DNA of 8,952 nucleotides from a virus (Duplodnaviria; Heunggongvirae; Uroviricota; Caudoviricetes): IMG/VR virus record IMGVR_UViG_2627854008_000013; one strand, 5' to 3'. Shown piece by piece: positions 6,601 to 8,952 of this stretch (position 1 is its first letter; each line of letters starts with the position of its first letter). The notes under the pieces were generated by a model. It saw only the letters and a program-made list of their open reading frames with translations, ran no database searches and was not told where the DNA came from. The position numbers and the translations under genes were made by a program.

Positions 6601-6990
6601 TCAGGCGGCTGCACCCGCCGTTTTCTCGTACTTACTGATAGTGATCTCGACCTTCCCTTTCGGGATAACCGGTCCCCACTCCACCAGCATTCTTTTCACC
6701 TGACTGTCGTCTTCCCACACACCCGCGTGGGTCAGGGCGTCAAACAGCGCCTTGTTATAGTTGTCCAGATCGCGGATCCGGTTATCCGGAGGAAACAACA
6801 CGATCTCCACTGAAGCAGGTGCCGACGTTGGTTTCGGCAGACGACGTAACTGCTCAACTATTGCTGCGCACGCCGCGCTCTGGAATTTTCGCCCCGCCGC
6901 GCTTATCAGGCTCTTACCAGCAAACGCCCCTTTGTTGGGGTGTCGCCAGTACGTGTTCACGCTGGGCGGAAAAGGCAGTATTAGCTTCAT
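6601..6990 (-). CDS. rusA: Holliday-junction resolvase RusA (129 aa)
   Basis: MKLILPFPPSVNTYWRH...RDLDNYNKALFDALTHAGVWEDDSQV parallels the E. coli RusA pattern (LPxPPSxNxYxR ... RDLDN ... FDALT ... W-DD-QV). Its start ATG overlaps the stop of the upstream methyltransferase (ATGA). Confidence 0.85.
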   Translation of the reverse strand: MKLILPFPPSVNTYWRHPNKGAFAGKSLISAAGRKFQSAACAAIVEQLRRLPKPTSAPASVEIVLFPPDNRIRDLDNYNKALFDALTHAGVWEDDSQVKRMLVEWGPVIPKGKVEITISKYEKTAGAAA

Positions 6991-7640
6991 GCCACCATCT
7001 CCCTGACCAGTTTTTCCGCCTGCTGGCGAACCTGCGCCAGAAATGCCTCACCACATGCCTCAAGTTCATCGCGCCCGATGTAGCTGATTGCCGGTCCCTT
7101 CCAGGTCTTGTCGAAAACAGCAATAGCACCAGCGAAGAAAGCACCTGTTGGCACCTGCTTTTCGTCTTTCGGGATAAACCAGGCAGGCAGTTCAAAACCA
7201 ATACGCCCGCGAATAAAAGCAATATGATCTGCATCTTCCGGCCACCACACTTCGCTGGTGGCAGCTTTGATCAGGAAAACATAGCGCCCGCCTTTATCAC
7301 GCATGGCACTGGCATGCTTCATGATGTAACGCATGCCGATGATGTATTGCCCCTCATGCTGACTGGCGCGGCTGTACGGGGGATTGCCAAAGGCAGCACC
7401 TTTAAGCTCCGCAAGACGTTCTGACCAGTCATGCGCCAGCGCGTTGTCTTCCGCCGTGTAATACGCGGCACATTTGGCGTTATCACCGTCAGTGAACAGA
7501 TCCAGAACAAACGGACCAAACAAGGTGTTAATTCCCCAGAAAATGTTGTCCGGCGTGCGCCACTGATCGCCCACTTCCTTCAGTTCATGGGCTGGTTTGT
7601 TCCGCAGTTCCACCAGCGCCTGGCAATATTTATTACTCAT
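6987..7640 (-). CDS. Phage Dam-type DNA N6-adenine methyltransferase (217 aa)
   Basis: NPPY catalytic motif at residues 86-89 (AAFGNPPYSRA) and a WRTP element near the N-terminus, consistent with the small phage N6-adenine MTase family. Start ATG 7638-7640 overlaps the upstream stop (TAATG). Confidence 0.75.
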   Translation of the reverse strand: MSNKYCQALVELRNKPAHELKEVGDQWRTPDNIFWGINTLFGPFVLDLFTDGDNAKCAAYYTAEDNALAHDWSERLAELKGAAFGNPPYSRASQHEGQYIIGMRYIMKHASAMRDKGGRYVFLIKAATSEVWWPEDADHIAFIRGRIGFELPAWFIPKDEKQVPTGAFFAGAIAVFDKTWKGPAISYIGRDELEACGEAFLAQVRQQAEKLVREMVA

Positions 7641-8128
7641 TAAGCCCCCACGTAATTCCCTGACAGATACCACTCATCACCCGATACAGCGCGCTTACTG
7701 CTTTTCCGTAAACACTGCTCACGACGCGCCAGAAAATTGTTTCGTTCTGGCTGGGAGTGGCTTTCACGGAATGCCGCCATCCACACCGTTGCAGCACGAC
7801 GGTATAAGCCCCTGGACTCCAGTTCTTCCGCCTGGCGGGTCAGGCACAAAATCTCCCGCGGGTCGTTAGTGCCGACATAGAAATTGCGCACAGGTCTGGT
7901 TTCACGAACTGGTTGCGGTTCCGCCTCCTGCGCTCTCTCAGTCAGGCGCGGGAAATGTCTGCGTGTATCCCCTTCACAACGGTGAGCCACACGACCACTC
8001 TGACGTAATTTGCTTGCTGACTGCAGAACGCACTGCCGTGAGTAACCTGCAAAAGCATCCGCAATGTCTCCGGAAGTACACCCCGGATGGGCTTCAATGA
8101 ATTTCTGAACTTCATTCAAAAGACTCAT
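7640..8128 (-). CDS. Phage protein with C-terminal PerC-like motif (162 aa from ATG 8126-8128)
   Basis: C-terminal segment LESRGLYRRAATVWMAAFRESHSQPERNNFLARREQCL resembles the PerC/Pch signature as I recall it (LEAKGLWRRAATRW...). G-rich SD (GGGGGGG) before the ATG, which overlaps the stop of the truncated upstream gene (ATGA). The ORF-track extension to 8305 runs into the IS and uses rare codons. Confidence 0.55.
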   Translation of the reverse strand: MSLLNEVQKFIEAHPGCTSGDIADAFAGYSRQCVLQSASKLRQSGRVAHRCEGDTRRHFPRLTERAQEAEPQPVRETRPVRNFYVGTNDPREILCLTRQAEELESRGLYRRAATVWMAAFRESHSQPERNNFLARREQCLRKSSKRAVSGDEWYLSGNYVGA

Positions 8129-8290
8129 AATCCCCCCCTGAATCCTGCCGGGATCTGGCTGTAGTCCACGTTGTCGTAACTGGCTTTGAAGTACGGGTCC
8201 TCGCGTCTGGCTGCAGATACCGCAGGAACTTCCCAGGATTCTTCGAAATGACGATCTGGACCAAAGAACGTGACAGCCTGTTTCACAAAT
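8125..8290 (-). pseudogene. 3' remnant (54 codons + TGA) of a phage gene truncated by the IS insertion
   Basis: Minus-strand frame reading FVKQAVTFFGPDRHFEESWEVPAVSAARREDPYFKASYDNVDYSQIPAGFRGGL* has E. coli-like codon usage, ends in ATGA overlap with the next gene, and begins exactly at the IS terminus (8290/8291) with no start codon. Confidence 0.5.

Positions 8291-8952
<662 letters not shown>

Noticed and set aside
6819-7424. Plus-strand ORF of 201 aa overlapping rusA and the Dam-type methyltransferase
   Set aside because: Antisense to two minus-strand genes that have clear family motifs; no start context; composition is not protein-like.

Overview
This 8.95-kb window is a segment of a lambdoid, Stx-phage-like prophage of Escherichia/Shigella type, with essentially all genes on the minus strand (transcription runs from high to low coordinates). 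In that direction it contains: the end of an IS3-family element (8291 to window edge) that has truncated a phage gene; a translationally coupled nin-type block (PerC-like protein, phage Dam-type N6-adenine methyltransferase, RusA resolvase); a KilA-N protein; a DUF968 protein; the late antiterminator Q; a terminator-rich leader holding a small winged-helix ORF; a second, beta-class DNA methyltransferase; three rare-codon tRNAs (Ile2-CAU, Arg-UCG, Arg-UCU); an intrinsic terminator; a ~0.5-kb toxin-free spacer where Stx phages carry stx; and a NanS-p-like DUF1737 + SGNH esterase gene split by an in-frame TAA. There is no rRNA, CRISPR array or stx gene. I do not see convincing evidence of a wholly new multi-gene system. 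The observations most worth follow-up are the esterase gene whose catalytic GQSN motif is stranded between a stop codon and the next start, the small wHTH ORF and dyad element ahead of an orphan methyltransferase, the non-canonical tRNAs, and the IS-truncated gene. All family assignments are from reading the translations and from memory of these families; no database search was run.
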